Shown here: in pieces, positions 49,285 through 60,332 of the stretch
How positions within the stretch are numbered: the stretch's first letter is position 1
How the letters are laid out: each line of letters starts with the position of its first letter
Assembly (NCBI GenBank): GCA_012514175.1
Contig: JAAZAU010000012.1
Coordinates: forward strand, 110,897 to 174,896
Direction: 5' to 3'
From: Parcubacteria group bacterium
GTDB lineage: Bacteria; Patescibacteriota; Minisyncoccia; Phycocordibacterales; WO2-35-19
DNA: 64,000 nucleotides
Made by a program: the position numbers and the translations under genes
The notes under the pieces: model-generated
Databases searched by the model: none
The model's input: only the letters and a program-made list of their open reading frames with translations
What the model was told of the DNA's origin: nothing

Positions 49285-50496
49285 TTATTTCAAAAGATAA
49301 TTCACCGCTGTGTCTTTTTGCGGGTCTTTTCCGTCTTTAGTGTTTTCCAAAGTTAACCCCACCTCAATATCAGGAGTCAGCCCACCTTCGGAAATAGAGT
49401 TACCAAGCGGTGTAAGCCAATGAGCCACAGTTACTTTAAGAGAAGTATCCGAAGTAATCGGTAAAAGTTCTTGAACCGAACCTTTGCCAAAAGTTCTGGT
49501 ACCAATAAGAGTAGCCTTGCCATATTCTCTCAGAGCTCCCGCTAAAATTTCTGAAGCAGAAGCAGAACCCTCGTTTACTAATATTACAAATTTCAAATTA
49601 TCATTGAATATATCATAACCCTTACTCCTATAAATTTTTGGCGAAATAGACTCCCCAAAATCTTCAGTGACTACCACTTTACCAGCTGGCAAAAACCAAC
49701 TAGCCATATCAAGCGCCGCCTCCAAATAACCACCAGGATTATTGCGTAAATCTAAAATCAATTTATTGGAACCGGATTCAACGAACTCCCGCAAAGCCCC
49801 ACGGAACAAATTTGGAGAGGTTGCTGTAAAACTATAAAGCTCTATCACAAAAATATCTTCCGACAGGATTTCTGTTTCAATAGTTGGCACTTCTATATTA
49901 GCTCTTACAATAGTTTTCACAATCGGCTCATTGACTCCTTTTCTGGCAAAAGTAATGACTATAGGTGTCCCAGCTTCACCTCTAATCAATTTAACAGCTT
50001 CATCTGAACTAAGTTTTGAAGCGGGAATTTCTCCAATAGTAATTATCTTATCACCAGCTTTAACTCCAGCTCTTTCAGCTGGTGTGCCTTTCAAAGGAGC
50101 GACAACCGTAAGAACGCCGTCTTGAACACCCACTTCTATACCGATACCCCCAAAAGAGCCACTGATTTCCTCTTCAAACATTTTAGATTCCGCTGGTGGG
50201 AAAAATACAGTATAAGGATCCTTATATGAAGCCGTTAAACCTTGAATAGCGCCCCAAATTTTTTCTTGATTTTTTACAACTTCAACAGTGGATGAGGCGG
50301 GAGTAAACTTTTCATCAAGAATTTTCCAAGCTTTCCAAAACGGAGCTAAATCTACATTTTCTACATTTGAAGTATTTAAAAATTGAGACGGAACACCACT
50401 GAGAGACCTTTCTTGACCCACATAAAAACCCAGAGCAAAAACCCCGCCCACCAGCGCTATTATTATCAAAGCTTGAGTATACCTATGTTTTATCAT
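49285..50496 (-). CDS. C-terminal processing peptidase S41 with PDZ domain
   Basis: DPYT, GIGIEV, LDLRNNPGG, SASASEI, TFGKGSVQ. Confidence 0.94.
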   Translation of the reverse strand: MIKHRYTQALIIIALVGGVFALGFYVGQERSLSGVPSQFLNTSNVENVDLAPFWKAWKILDEKFTPASSTVEVVKNQEKIWGAIQGLTASYKDPYTVFFPPAESKMFEEEISGSFGGIGIEVGVQDGVLTVVAPLKGTPAERAGVKAGDKIITIGEIPASKLSSDEAVKLIRGEAGTPIVITFARKGVNEPIVKTIVRANIEVPTIETEILSEDIFVIELYSFTATSPNLFRGALREFVESGSNKLILDLRNNPGGYLEAALDMASWFLPAGKVVVTEDFGESISPKIYRSKGYDIFNDNLKFVILVNEGSASASEILAGALREYGKATLIGTRTFGKGSVQELLPITSDTSLKVTVAHWLTPLGNSISEGGLTPDIEVGLTLENTKDGKDPQKDTAVNYLLK

Positions 50497-50543
50497 TTTC
50501 TGATATAATATATCACAGTTTTAATTGTCATCAAAAATACCAA

Positions 50544-51446
50544 ATGATAACCACACGTTCATTTATGGATCAGATTTGGATAGACCTCAATTCTCCAACC
50601 AAAGAGGAGGTTGATTCCATTATGATCACACAAAATATAAGTCCAGCTTTAGCCAAAGACTTACTTACACCAACTCCAACTCAATATTCTGAAGATTGCG
50701 GTGATGTGATTTACGCCGTTTTACGTATTCCTACATTTAAACACACCCACCCTAATGAGATTGGACAAGAATTAGATTTCATTATTTCAAAAAATAGCGT
50801 AATCACTGCCAGATACGATTCCATAGACGCTTTACACTATTTCGCCAAAAAAATTGAAGTAAATGAAATTTTAAATCATCAAAACAACCTTCATCTTTTT
50901 TTTGGTATGATGGAAGAAATTTACAATTTTATAACCAACGAATTGGCGAGTATTGAAGTTTGGATAACAGAAATAGAAAAAAATATCTTTGAAGGTCAAG
51001 AAAAAGAAATGGTTTTTGCAATTTCTAACACAGGTAGAAATATTCTTAATTTCAAAAGGGCCATTGATCCACATGGTGAAGTGTTTGATTTCATAGCTCG
51101 TGTTGGTGGAGAAAAATTTGGCAAAAGTTTTGAAGATGAAGCAAAAGTTCTTCGGGATGAATGGCGCAGAGTAATGAAAAGAATAAACAACTATTTAGAT
51201 ATGATCGCCGAATTACGCGAAACCAATAATTCTATGCTTTCCACTAAACAAAATGAGACGATGAAGATTCTCACTATTATGGCTTTTGTTACCTTCCCTC
51301 TTTCGCTTATAGCATCTATATTTGGAATGAATACTTATTTTACACCTTTTGTTGGTAATCCTAATGATTTTTGGATAGTTTTAAGCATTATGTGTGTTAT
51401 GAGTATTGCAATGTTTGGTTTCTTCAAGTATAAGAGATGGATATGA
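50544..51446 (+). CDS. CorA-family Mg2+ transporter
   Basis: NETMKILT, FGMN, two C-terminal TMs. Confidence 0.9.
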   Translation: MITTRSFMDQIWIDLNSPTKEEVDSIMITQNISPALAKDLLTPTPTQYSEDCGDVIYAVLRIPTFKHTHPNEIGQELDFIISKNSVITARYDSIDALHYFAKKIEVNEILNHQNNLHLFFGMMEEIYNFITNELASIEVWITEIEKNIFEGQEKEMVFAISNTGRNILNFKRAIDPHGEVFDFIARVGGEKFGKSFEDEAKVLRDEWRRVMKRINNYLDMIAELRETNNSMLSTKQNETMKILTIMAFVTFPLSLIASIFGMNTYFTPFVGNPNDFWIVLSIMCVMSIAMFGFFKYKRWI

Positions 51447-52849
51447 CAGAGATTAAACTTCAAAACACATTAACTGGCAAAAAAGAAATATTTAAACCCC
51501 TTAAAGAAAAAGAGGTTAGTTTTTATCAATGCGGACCAACTGTTTATTGGACCCAACATATTGGTAATTTGCGAGCTATGACAATGGCCGACATTATTAA
51601 TCGCACTTTTCAATATTTAGATTATAAAGTTAAGTTTGTTCGCAATTATACCGACGTTGGTCACCTTACCTCAGATAACGATGAAGGTGAAGACAAAATG
51701 TCTAAAGGCGCCGAAAAAGAAGGTCTTTCACCAAAAGAAATTGCCGACAAATACATTGCTATTTTTGAAAAAGATAATTCTGCTTTAAACAATTTAGAAC
51801 CCACAATTAAACCTAAGGCCACTGAAAACATAAATGAGGTTATTGAAATGGTAAAGATAATGTTAGAAAAAGGTTATGCTTATCAAACTGAGCTTGCAAT
51901 TTATTTTGATATCACCAAAGCCTCAGAATACAACTGTCTTTCCCATCAAGATTTAGAAAAACAAAAACAAGGTGCTGGTGCAGGAGAAGTTAGTGATAAC
52001 GATAAAAAAAATCCAGCAGATTTTGCTGTTTGGTTTTTCAAAAAAGGTAAACACATCAACGCTTTACAAGTTTGGGATTCGCCTTGGGGTGTCGGCTTTC
52101 CTGGTTGGCATATTGAGTGTTCGGCTTTCATTAGAAAATTTTTAGGTCCAACTATTGATATTCATATGGGTGGTATAGAACACATCTCTATTCATCACAC
52201 TAACGAAATCGCCCAAAGCGAAGCGGTCAACAACGCCCCCCTTGCAAACTACTGGCTCCATAACGAACACTTGCTTGTTGATAATAAAAAAATGTCCAAG
52301 TCTGAAGGAACCAGTTATAGTTTAGAAGAAATAAAAACTAAAGGTTTTGATCCACTAGCCCTGCGTTATCTTTTTCTTAGCGCTCATTATCGCTCCAAAC
52401 AAAATTTCACCTGGGAAGCACTCTCCTCTGCTCAAAATGGTTTGCATAATATTTATAGACAGATTAAAGAATTAAAAAATGTCTCCCCTGCTTTGCCAGA
52501 TGAATCTTTTAAAGAAGATTTTATTAAAACCATCACTGATGATTTTAATATTCCTAAAGCTCTTGCTGTCATTCAAGAAGTTTTGAAATCCGATTTGGTA
52601 GCAGATAAAAAATTAGCCACTTTGCTTGATTTTGACAAAGTTTTGGGATTAAAATTGGCTGAAGCAATTTCTAAAAAAGAAACAGATACAGAAATCCCTG
52701 AATACGTTTTAGAAATGAAAAAAGAACGCGACGATGCCCGCGCTCAAAAAGATTGGCAAAAATCTGACGAACTCCGCAAAGAAATAGAGCGTGAAGGTTA
52801 TATTTTAGAAGATTCAAACACAGGGAGCACTATAAGAAAAACTAACTAA
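51443..52849 (+). CDS. cysS: Cysteine--tRNA ligase
   Basis: CGPTVY, HIGN, PGWHIECS, KMSKS. Confidence 0.97.
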   Translation: MTEIKLQNTLTGKKEIFKPLKEKEVSFYQCGPTVYWTQHIGNLRAMTMADIINRTFQYLDYKVKFVRNYTDVGHLTSDNDEGEDKMSKGAEKEGLSPKEIADKYIAIFEKDNSALNNLEPTIKPKATENINEVIEMVKIMLEKGYAYQTELAIYFDITKASEYNCLSHQDLEKQKQGAGAGEVSDNDKKNPADFAVWFFKKGKHINALQVWDSPWGVGFPGWHIECSAFIRKFLGPTIDIHMGGIEHISIHHTNEIAQSEAVNNAPLANYWLHNEHLLVDNKKMSKSEGTSYSLEEIKTKGFDPLALRYLFLSAHYRSKQNFTWEALSSAQNGLHNIYRQIKELKNVSPALPDESFKEDFIKTITDDFNIPKALAVIQEVLKSDLVADKKLATLLDFDKVLGLKLAEAISKKETDTEIPEYVLEMKKERDDARAQKDWQKSDELRKEIEREGYILEDSNTGSTIRKTN

Positions 52850-52983
52850 TTGTGCGAGCCGTGGGACGTTATCGGAACAATTTTAGTGAAAAATAAGTAA
52901 ATTGAAAAGCTATTCTTTCCTTAAGAATCTTCTTTTATTTATATCTATGTTACAATATTTTTACTAATCACTTAAATAAAAAA

Positions 52984-53565
52984 ATGAAAAGATTGGGTAT
53001 ATTCCTTTTGATTGGTATAGTCATTATAGGAGGGATAATAGGATGTTATTTCTGGTATAAAAACACTCCACCAATAACACCAGATGAAACGGCGTTAATT
53101 AAAAAAGAGAAAAACCAACCTGGACTGAAAACTTATAGAAATGATAAATTTAGATTTGAATTTTCATATCCAGAAGATGTGCCTGTTAGTGTAAACAAAA
53201 ACCCACTTTTTCTATTATACGTAGAAATTGGAAAAGGTATGCTTAATCCATATGCTTTGACAGTGGAGAAAACAGATATAAAAGATATTGAATCTTTAAA
53301 CAATTACACCCTTAAAAAAGATTTCGAATCCAGAGGGCAAGGAGTAAAGGAGCAACATTACATAACTTTGGCTGGAGAAAAAGCGAGAGTAACCACTTTT
53401 AATGTAAATTTCTATGGTAGCCCTGGTTCCAAAAAAAATGTCTTCATACAAATAATCCATGATGGAAAATTATATTCGATGTTGATATGGGAAAATACTG
53501 GTTCAGACAAAACAAGCTGGAATATATATGATGTAATGCTTCCAACTTTTAAATTCTTAAAATGA
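52984..53565 (+). CDS. Membrane-anchored PsbP-like protein
   Basis: N-terminal TM, TYRNDKFRFEFSYP, ends MLPTFKFLK. Confidence 0.65.
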   Translation: MKRLGIFLLIGIVIIGGIIGCYFWYKNTPPITPDETALIKKEKNQPGLKTYRNDKFRFEFSYPEDVPVSVNKNPLFLLYVEIGKGMLNPYALTVEKTDIKDIESLNNYTLKKDFESRGQGVKEQHYITLAGEKARVTTFNVNFYGSPGSKKNVFIQIIHDGKLYSMLIWENTGSDKTSWNIYDVMLPTFKFLK

Positions 53566-53615
53566 AAAGAGCTCCCCAGCAAAGCCAAGAAGCTCTCAAA
53601 AAAGCAAAGGACTAT

Positions 53616-53831
53616 TTACGGCTCATCTTCCCATAAAATGTTGGAATCGCCGTTTCCATATGGATCTACAGGAGTTACGCCACTGACACGAACTTCAAAA
53701 TGGAGATGGTATCCAACCGATACTCCGACGGGTGCTTGGTTACCAACCGTGGCAACCACATCACCTTGCGTCACAGTCGAGTATCCTTGAAAAAGGATGT
53801 CTGATTCAACTGCGCTACTGTTAAACCCACT
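53616..53831 (-). pseudogene. C-terminal fragment of an M23 peptidase
   Basis: Translated by hand: ..TVTQGDVVATVGN..GYHLHFEVR..PVDPYG..LWEDEP*; TAG immediately upstream and N-terminal HxxxD half missing. Confidence 0.75.
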
Positions 53832-53898
53832 CTAGAAATACCCCCCAAAGAGCTTAAACGCATTTTAGACAAAGAATTATTCTTATTTGGAGAAATTG

Positions 53899-53969
53899 TG
53901 CGAGATGCGAGAATCGAACTCGCGTCTGATGCTTGGGAAGCACCCATTTTGCCACTAAACTAATCTCGC
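53899..53969 (-). tRNA. tRNA-Gly(CCC)
   Basis: Acceptor GCGAGAT/ATCTCGC, anticodon arm GGTGC-TTCCCAA-GCATC, T-arm GCGAG-TTCGATT-CTCGC; CCA not encoded. Confidence 0.93.
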
Positions 53970-53971
53970 GT

Positions 53972-54349
53972 TTACTTAAATAAATTTACCACAAAATTTT
54001 TAAATTTTTGCCAATTTGAAATTTTAATCGTGGAGGGGACGATTGGGATTTCTTCTTCCACGATAATCGCCACGCTCTCGCCCACTTCAGCCACATTTAG
54101 TTTTCTACGCATTTCAAATGCCAAACCTTCTTGAGTTTTCAATCTTTCCAAAGAATCGTTTAATTCCTTTTCCCTTTTTTGCAATTCATAAACTCTATCA
54201 TTCATTTTAACCAAAGCTTCTTCTGCTCCGATTTTTTTATTATAAACTTTGCGCACTGAATTCAATAAAACACCCAAAACCAGGACCAAAAACAAAAAAG
54301 CTACCAGTATTTTCCATTTGCTACTTTTTTTTGTTTTAATACCTCGCAT
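53972..54349 (-). CDS. Septum formation initiator-like (FtsB/DivIC) protein
   Basis: TM followed by coiled coil, RRKLNVAEVGE. Confidence 0.72.
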   Translation of the reverse strand: MRGIKTKKSSKWKILVAFLFLVLVLGVLLNSVRKVYNKKIGAEEALVKMNDRVYELQKREKELNDSLERLKTQEGLAFEMRRKLNVAEVGESVAIIVEEEIPIVPSTIKISNWQKFKNFVVNLFK

Positions 54350-54493
54350 TATGTTATTATATTATAACTATGTTGTGGAATCCAAAAATGCGCAAATTTA
54401 TCAAAATAGCTTGGTTTGTAATATCTATTTTTCTTATCTTTAGCCTAGTTTTGATGTATATGCCTATAGGTTAATTTTCAATTTGAAAATTAA

Positions 54494-56296
54494 TTACTCT
54501 GGTTTCATTATTTTTATAAAAACATCTTGAGGAATTGAGATTTTGCCCCTCTCTTTCATTTTCTTTTTCCCCTTCTTCTGTTTTTCCCGAAGCTTCATTT
54601 TGCGAGTAATGTCTCCGCCATACATATGTTGAGTAACATCTTTTCGGTAAGCCGAAAGAGTGCGAGAAGCAATAATTCGACCTGACACTTGAGCTTGAAT
54701 CTTAAGTTCAAACATTTGACGAGGTAAAAGATTTTTGAGTTTTTCTACTAAAACTTCTGCTTCTTTCTCAACAATTCTTCTAGAAACTACTCTAGAAAGC
54801 GATGGTTCTTCATCCCCACCAATCAGAATACTAAGCTTGGTAACCTCAGCTTTACGCATTTCAAAATTTTCATAAGAAAGAGAAGCATAACCTTGAGAAA
54901 GACTTTTCAGTTTATCAAAAAAACCTCGCATAAGTTCACGAAGTGGCATTATTATGTGCACATTAGTCTTGCTAGCGTCACCGCCGAAGTTTTCGGTTGA
55001 AATTATTTCGGCTTCATGTTCATACAGGAGAGGTAAAATATTGCCCAAGTTGTCAGATGGAGTAATAATATTAGCTTTAACCCAAGGTTCAAATATTTTT
55101 TCTAACAAACCATCTTCTGGGAAAAAAGCCGGTGAATAAATTTTCTCAGTTTTACCATTTTTATAAACAACTTCGTAAGTAATAGACGGCTGAGTAATAA
55201 CTAGCGTAAGGTTAAATTCCCTTTTAAGTCTTTCTGTAATAATTTCCAAATGAAGCATACCAAGAAAACCGCAACGAAAGCCCTTGCCCAAAACCCCAGA
55301 CGATTCTTCTTCATAATACAGCGACGAATCAGTAAGTTTAAGCTTAGCGAGTGATTGTCTCAGTAAAAGCAAATCGCTTTGATCTTCAGGAAAAATACTA
55401 GCCCAAACTACTGGATTCGGCATTGTATATCCAGCCAAAGCTGTGCCGTTTTCTTTTTCTTTGCCTATGGTGTCCCCCACCGAAACAATGCCTGGAGTTT
55501 TAATACCTGTCACAATATAGCCAATTTCTCCCGACGTTAATCTTTCAGCTGGAGTTTCTTCAGGATGAAAAATACCCACTTCCAAAGCTATAAATTTTTG
55601 ATCAGCTATTCTAAAAATTAAATTTTCCCGAGACTTGACTTCACCAGAAATAATTCTAACGAAAACAATGATTCCTTTATGAGTTGAATATTTGAAATCA
55701 AAAACAAGAGCTTGAAGTTCTTCTCCGGTTTTTCCGTTAAGATGAGAAGAATTGTGTAAAATCGGACTTGGTATTTTTCCCACAATAGTTTGCAAAAGTT
55801 TTTCAACCCCGTCTCCAGTTTTGCCTGAAGTTTCTATGATATCTTCCTCCTGACAACCAACAAGAGAGACTATTTCCGCCTTCACCTCCGAAACTCTCGC
55901 CAAAGGTGAATCTATTTTGCTTAAAGCTGGTATTATTACCAGTCCAAGATTTTTAGCCATTTCAAGCACCGAAAGAGTTTGCGCTTCCACTCCTTGGGTG
56001 GCGTCCACCAAGAGAATCGCTCCTTCAACCGCTTTAAGAGCTCTGGAAACTTCATAAGAAAAATCAATATGCCCCGGGGTGTCTATCAGATTTAAAATAT
56101 AGTCTTTATAAACCATTCTAACGGGCGTCATCTTTATCGTTATCCCTCTTTCTCTTTCAAGCTCCATACTATCAAGCGCCTGAGCTTTCATTTTTCTTTT
56201 CTCAATAGTGCCAGTTATCTCAAGCAACCTATCTGCTAGAGTAGATTTGCCATGATCAATATGCGCAATAATGCAGAAATTTCTGATGTTATTCAT
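54494..56296 (-). CDS. lepA: Elongation factor 4
   Basis: NFCIIAHIDHGKSTLAD, GFRCGFLGMLH, YGGDITRKMKL. Confidence 0.97.
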   Translation of the reverse strand: MNNIRNFCIIAHIDHGKSTLADRLLEITGTIEKRKMKAQALDSMELERERGITIKMTPVRMVYKDYILNLIDTPGHIDFSYEVSRALKAVEGAILLVDATQGVEAQTLSVLEMAKNLGLVIIPALSKIDSPLARVSEVKAEIVSLVGCQEEDIIETSGKTGDGVEKLLQTIVGKIPSPILHNSSHLNGKTGEELQALVFDFKYSTHKGIIVFVRIISGEVKSRENLIFRIADQKFIALEVGIFHPEETPAERLTSGEIGYIVTGIKTPGIVSVGDTIGKEKENGTALAGYTMPNPVVWASIFPEDQSDLLLLRQSLAKLKLTDSSLYYEEESSGVLGKGFRCGFLGMLHLEIITERLKREFNLTLVITQPSITYEVVYKNGKTEKIYSPAFFPEDGLLEKIFEPWVKANIITPSDNLGNILPLLYEHEAEIISTENFGGDASKTNVHIIMPLRELMRGFFDKLKSLSQGYASLSYENFEMRKAEVTKLSILIGGDEEPSLSRVVSRRIVEKEAEVLVEKLKNLLPRQMFELKIQAQVSGRIIASRTLSAYRKDVTQHMYGGDITRKMKLREKQKKGKKKMKERGKISIPQDVFIKIMKPE

Positions 56297-57923
56297 GACG
56301 GATTTTTTTGATAATTTCTTTTAATTCTCTGTTTTTAACAAGATACAATAATACAACTCCAGCCGCAATACCTGTAAGACCAGAGGCTAACGCGTGACCA
56401 AAAACATTAATAAGAGAATCCAAAACAAAAAAGGTGCTGAAAAATCTCAAAGCATAAAAAGTCACAAAACCAACAACCAATGAAGCGAGCACGGTTTCCA
56501 ACGCAGTTTTCAAGATTCCCTCGCTGGCAATATCTTTAGTTTTTTTATTCAAAAAGAACCAAAGCCCCAAAGTGGTGAAGGCTGATCCTAAAGAAAACGA
56601 TAACGGCAAAATAATTATTTTTGAAGTTATAATTCCACCAATCTCTAAAAAATGACTAAGCCAAGAAACAAATCCTGACAAAAAATCAAAATAAAAAAGT
56701 GTCGTAAACAAAGCCGTCACCACCGCTCCTGAAAGTCCAAAAATGAGAGGAATCTTTGTTTTACCTAAAGCATAGTGCGCTCTCGTCAAAAAAAGGTTTA
56801 TACTTTGAAAAACAAAAGAAAGAGCAAAAAGCGACAAAACTGCAGCGGTAAGCTTGGTATCTGTCCAATCAAAAGCGCCGGAGCCCAAAATAACTCTTAC
56901 AATGTGTGTTCTTAAAATAATAAAAAGAGCGGTAACGGGCACGGTTAAAAATATAATATATCTGATTGACTCACCTATATATTTCCCACACTCTACAACA
57001 TTATTTTTAGCATGATGTTCAGACAAAGTTGGAAAAGCTGCTAAAGAATAACTAGCACCAATAACTGACAGTGGCACAGATTGTAAATTGAAAGCCAGAT
57101 TAAAGACGGCAACTGCACCCGTCCCCAAAAAAGTTGCCACGATCGTAAAAACAATGTTAATAATCTGAGTTGCTGAAAGAGCTAAAGTGCGAGGAATAGA
57201 AACTAACGCCGTCTCTCTTACTTCCAACCAATTTATCTTCCGAGTCAGACGCGGAACTTTCTTTTTATAAAAAATAAAACTGGCTGGCACCAAAAAATGC
57301 AACAAGGCGCCAAAAACCACTCCCCACACCACTGCTGTAATACCAAAATGTTTAGCACCAAAAACTATACCAGAAATAATACCTCCGTTGTAAAAAAGTG
57401 GACTTAAGGAATAAAGTAAAAATCTTTTTTCATATTGAACAATACTGCCAAAAAAATTTGAAAACCCTAATAAGATCGGTGACAAGAGTAAAATTCTGGA
57501 AAACTTGATAACCTCGCTTAAAACTTCGGCAGAAAAACCTTTAAATAAAAGCCCGGCTATTTGAGGCATAAAAATAAAAGCCAACAAACAACTGAAAACG
57601 ATAGCCACTGAAAAACTAGTGAAAATAGAGTTAATATAAGTTTGAACTGACTTTTCATCATTGACTGCTTTCTTAGAAAACATTGGGACCAAAACCGAAA
57701 TAGAAACCAAAGAACCAAAGGTGATAAAAATAAAATCAGGAATTCTAAACGCGGTGTAATAAATATCAAGAACTTCGTTAGCGCCAAAATGATGAGCAAG
57801 CAACCTATCCCTTATAAAAGCCAAAACTTGAGACAAGATTGAAAAACCTGCCAGCCAAAAAGCGGCTTGATGCAAGCCGCTTATTTTGGCAGTAATGGCT
57901 TTTAAAGTTCTGCTGACCATCAC
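56289..57923 (-). CDS. murJ: Lipid II flippase MurJ
   Basis: RDRLLA, AFRIPD, many TMs, GAFDW.DT. Confidence 0.9.
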   Translation of the reverse strand: MMVSRTLKAITAKISGLHQAAFWLAGFSILSQVLAFIRDRLLAHHFGANEVLDIYYTAFRIPDFIFITFGSLVSISVLVPMFSKKAVNDEKSVQTYINSIFTSFSVAIVFSCLLAFIFMPQIAGLLFKGFSAEVLSEVIKFSRILLLSPILLGFSNFFGSIVQYEKRFLLYSLSPLFYNGGIISGIVFGAKHFGITAVVWGVVFGALLHFLVPASFIFYKKKVPRLTRKINWLEVRETALVSIPRTLALSATQIINIVFTIVATFLGTGAVAVFNLAFNLQSVPLSVIGASYSLAAFPTLSEHHAKNNVVECGKYIGESIRYIIFLTVPVTALFIILRTHIVRVILGSGAFDWTDTKLTAAVLSLFALSFVFQSINLFLTRAHYALGKTKIPLIFGLSGAVVTALFTTLFYFDFLSGFVSWLSHFLEIGGIITSKIIILPLSFSLGSAFTTLGLWFFLNKKTKDIASEGILKTALETVLASLVVGFVTFYALRFFSTFFVLDSLINVFGHALASGLTGIAAGVVLLYLVKNRELKEIIKKIRHE

Positions 57924-57941
57924 CCACTATATTAACATACT

Positions 57942-60332
57942 TTAGTTTTCTTCTTTTATAGGCAACTCAGCTCTCTTTTCTGGCTCTTCATCTAACGGAG
58001 CTTGAATACCGGCAAAGACATCTTTACCAGCTTTAATGTTTTCTACAATAAGAGAGACTTCAGTGTTTTCCGGATTAGTAACTTTTATTTCTTCAAACTG
58101 TTTCAGAGAATCATCTTTGCGATTGAGTTTGTAATAAGCCAGTCCTAAGAAATATTTAGCATTTGCATAATCAGGAATTAAAGTTACTGCTTTTTCCAAA
58201 GCGCTAGCTGCACCAAGGTAATCTTTTTGATTGTATTTAAGAAGACCAAGTTGGAAATAAAGACCAGTATTGTTTGGCTCCACTAAAGTAGCAGCTTCCA
58301 CAGATTTAATAGCAGATGGAATATCGTCTTGAGCAACCTGAAGTTGAGCTAAAGTAAAGTAGGCGTCAGTGTAATTATTTTTGAGTTCCAAAGCTTTAAC
58401 AATATTAGCTTTAGCTCCTTCAATATTACCTTCCAAAGCATCAAGTCTAGACAAAGCTAGAGGCACCGAAGGGTTGCTTGGAGAAAGTGTGCCAGCTTTG
58501 TTGTAAGCGTTGCGAGCCTCTTCCAGAGAACCCCCTATTCCATTAGCACCTAAAACTTCATAAACTCTTGCTAAGACAAACCAGTTTTGGAAATTATCAT
58601 CATCAACCGCAACAGCCGCTTTGGCAGACGCTACCGAATCAGAGATGAGAGTTTGAGCTTGGGTCCTGACTTCATCTGTCACCTGTTCTGGAGCGTTAAT
58701 ATTACCTAACACTCTACCTAAATCATTGAGAGAAATTTCAGTAAGTCCTCTCCAGTAAATATCGCTCGGCACCATAGTAACTGATTTAGCAATAGATTGT
58801 TTTGCAGATTGAATATCGCCAGTCATTTGATAATTTATAATGCCTTTTTCAAAAATGACAGCGGCTGCCGATCTTTCCCACACAAAATAACCTCCAGCAA
58901 CAGAAACGATAAGCAAGATCACAATAGAGAGCACTGAAAGGAAATTAGTTTTTGGATTTGAAAAAATATTGATTTTCCAAAGACTCATAATTCCTTGAGG
59001 CACAAGCGTAGCGGTAAACAGACCAGTAAAGATGAAAGCGAGAGCCATCACAACTATGCTTGGACTATAAAGGAAAAGCATTATCCAAAAATAAACAGAA
59101 ACCAAGAAGGAAGCAGTTGATAAATAGCGTGAACGACCAGCATAAACTTGAGCAAAAATCGCTTTTACACCTGTCAAAAGATACATCACAATAAAAGCAA
59201 GAAGTGAGAGCAGACCCAAGAGACCGGTAGTGATAGCGATAGTCGGAACAAAACCAGAACCAGAATAAAATTCAGTACCCCAAAATTGAGTTTGATTTAT
59301 TTCTACTGGTTTGTGCATATCCCAAAATTCTGAAAAACGATTAGGACCGACACCTAAAGCAAAATTTTGTTTCCAAGACAATAGCGACAAATCCATAGTA
59401 GTCTGGAAATTTGGTCGGATTTCAGTAGTCTGCACTCTCAAAGTTTTTGAGAAGAAATCAGAAATGCCAGAACCACCCAAAAGCAATATAATTGAAGCAA
59501 TTAAAACTATAAGAGAAGAGAGAGAAATTTTTCGGTTTAAACCTTGATTGTTATCTTCTGAACTAGTTGTCTCACTGCTTGGTTTGCCAACAGACCAAGA
59601 CAAAATATAAACAAAGAAAACTAAAGAAATTAAACCAAGAATGATAATTACTGGAGTAAAATTGGTAGCTCCAATAAAAATCAAAGAAAAGGCAGTAAGC
59701 GCATACAAGACATATCTCATCTTTTTAGAAACATCTGACATATTGATAGCGCAAAGCGCTAAAATCACCGCGCTACCAAAAATAATTGCAGTATCAACGG
59801 CACCGCCAGCAAGGAAAAATGGCATTTTAGAAGCCAAAGATTCTGGGATCAAAGAATAACCAAAAGCTCCGAGCAAAGTATAAAGCGCCAAAGCAACTGT
59901 GGAATAAATGAAAGCTGTTATGATTTTGCTTACTGTTCCAACGCTTTTAACAGCCAAAACTGTCATAAACAAAAGAAACACAAGCATAATGATTGAACCC
60001 GAAGTGCCGAGATCAAAAACTGAACCAGCCAAAGAAGAATTGATAGAGCCAGAAAAGACCGATGAGAGCAATGCTACCAAAGCAAAAACTCCTATCGGGA
60101 TCAGATACTTAGCCTTAGGTAATTCAATCATGCCAGTAGAAAGTACTGACGACAAAAAAATGGCAAAAATTGCCACTAAACCAGTAGCCAAAAAGGTTAT
60201 CTTGGCCACATATAAACCGACTCCGCTAACCGGCACGAAAAAGATCGGCAACAGAAAAACGAAGATCGACAAAATTGTTCCTAGTTTCCTGACGAGCAAG
60301 TTACTAGAAGTATTTTGAACTTCTTGTTCCAT
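57942..60332 (-). CDS. Polytopic membrane protein (O-antigen-ligase-like) with C-terminal TPRs
   Basis: About 12 TMs, LGVGPNRF, TTGLLG, TPR repeats. Confidence 0.75.
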   Translation of the reverse strand: MEQEVQNTSSNLLVRKLGTILSIFVFLLPIFFVPVSGVGLYVAKITFLATGLVAIFAIFLSSVLSTGMIELPKAKYLIPIGVFALVALLSSVFSGSINSSLAGSVFDLGTSGSIIMLVFLLFMTVLAVKSVGTVSKIITAFIYSTVALALYTLLGAFGYSLIPESLASKMPFFLAGGAVDTAIIFGSAVILALCAINMSDVSKKMRYVLYALTAFSLIFIGATNFTPVIIILGLISLVFFVYILSWSVGKPSSETTSSEDNNQGLNRKISLSSLIVLIASIILLLGGSGISDFFSKTLRVQTTEIRPNFQTTMDLSLLSWKQNFALGVGPNRFSEFWDMHKPVEINQTQFWGTEFYSGSGFVPTIAITTGLLGLLSLLAFIVMYLLTGVKAIFAQVYAGRSRYLSTASFLVSVYFWIMLFLYSPSIVVMALAFIFTGLFTATLVPQGIMSLWKINIFSNPKTNFLSVLSIVILLIVSVAGGYFVWERSAAAVIFEKGIINYQMTGDIQSAKQSIAKSVTMVPSDIYWRGLTEISLNDLGRVLGNINAPEQVTDEVRTQAQTLISDSVASAKAAVAVDDDNFQNWFVLARVYEVLGANGIGGSLEEARNAYNKAGTLSPSNPSVPLALSRLDALEGNIEGAKANIVKALELKNNYTDAYFTLAQLQVAQDDIPSAIKSVEAATLVEPNNTGLYFQLGLLKYNQKDYLGAASALEKAVTLIPDYANAKYFLGLAYYKLNRKDDSLKQFEEIKVTNPENTEVSLIVENIKAGKDVFAGIQAPLDEEPEKRAELPIKEEN

